From positions 1 through 33,286 of the forward strand of contig JAAPAO010000397.1 of NCBI GenBank assembly GCA_013115145.1: a DNA stretch of 33,286 nt, written 5' to 3'. The notes beneath the pieces are model-generated. The model did no database searches, was not told where the DNA came from, and saw only the letters and a program-made list of their open reading frames with translations. The DNA comes from Perkinsus chesapeaki ATCC PRA-425 (Eukaryota; Protista; Perkinsozoa). The position numbers were made by a program, and so were the translations under genes. Below, one piece after another: positions 33,103-33,286 of the stretch (positions are counted from its first letter, which is position 1; each line of letters opens with the position of its first letter).

Positions 33103-33286
33103 AAATCCTGATATTGTAATAGATGCGTTTGCCTCGTATTAGCACTACAGCATGATCTGTCCAAGAGTGCAGTGGACGCAGGAACCATTATAGACCGCGG
33201 AGGTCGTCGACAGCGGCGATCGCCCTATACAATTGGGTCTGACACCTCTAGCCCCACAGGCTCACCCCGCACAGACCAGAGCAAGG

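Noticed and set aside
1-33286. Perkinsid/dinoflagellate spliced-leader RNA gene, rRNA or snRNA genes
   Set aside because: No match seen by eye to the SL exon (CCGTAGCCAT...TGGCTCAAG), 5S, U1, U2, U4 or U5 hallmark sequences.

Overview
Eukaryotic, gene-dense, intron-rich window. Short GT-AG introns of about 25-70 nt are mixed with 350-950 nt introns; the style suggests a perkinsid/alveolate-type protist, which is inference only. The six-frame ORF track is largely uninformative because the genes are spliced, so I assembled exon chains by hand. Left: a diverged tandem duplication (about 1374-3993 / 5057-7161) carrying a GNAT acetyltransferase (+) and a convergent hypothetical gene (-). From about 7.3 to 32 kb lies an almost unbroken run of minus-strand genes: FtsJ/RrmJ-like methyltransferase, hypothetical, TMEM184/OSTalpha, two hypotheticals, a RAP-domain-like protein, a classical protein tyrosine phosphatase, a flavin amine oxidase and MOB1. 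Main discovery: at least five small spliceosomal introns (40-70 nt) in four unrelated genes consist largely of a tRNA 3' segment (variable loop + T-arm/B-box + acceptor 3' strand) of different apparent isotypes and in both orientations. Other introns hold a decayed full-length tRNA and an intact tRNA-Lys(UUU). Also present: a 180-bp TG...CA element with a 4-bp target-site duplication (solo-LTR-like, two intronic copies), intronic minisatellites, a recurrent 13-mer and candidate intronic structured RNAs. Gene ends marked approximate were not fully resolved.
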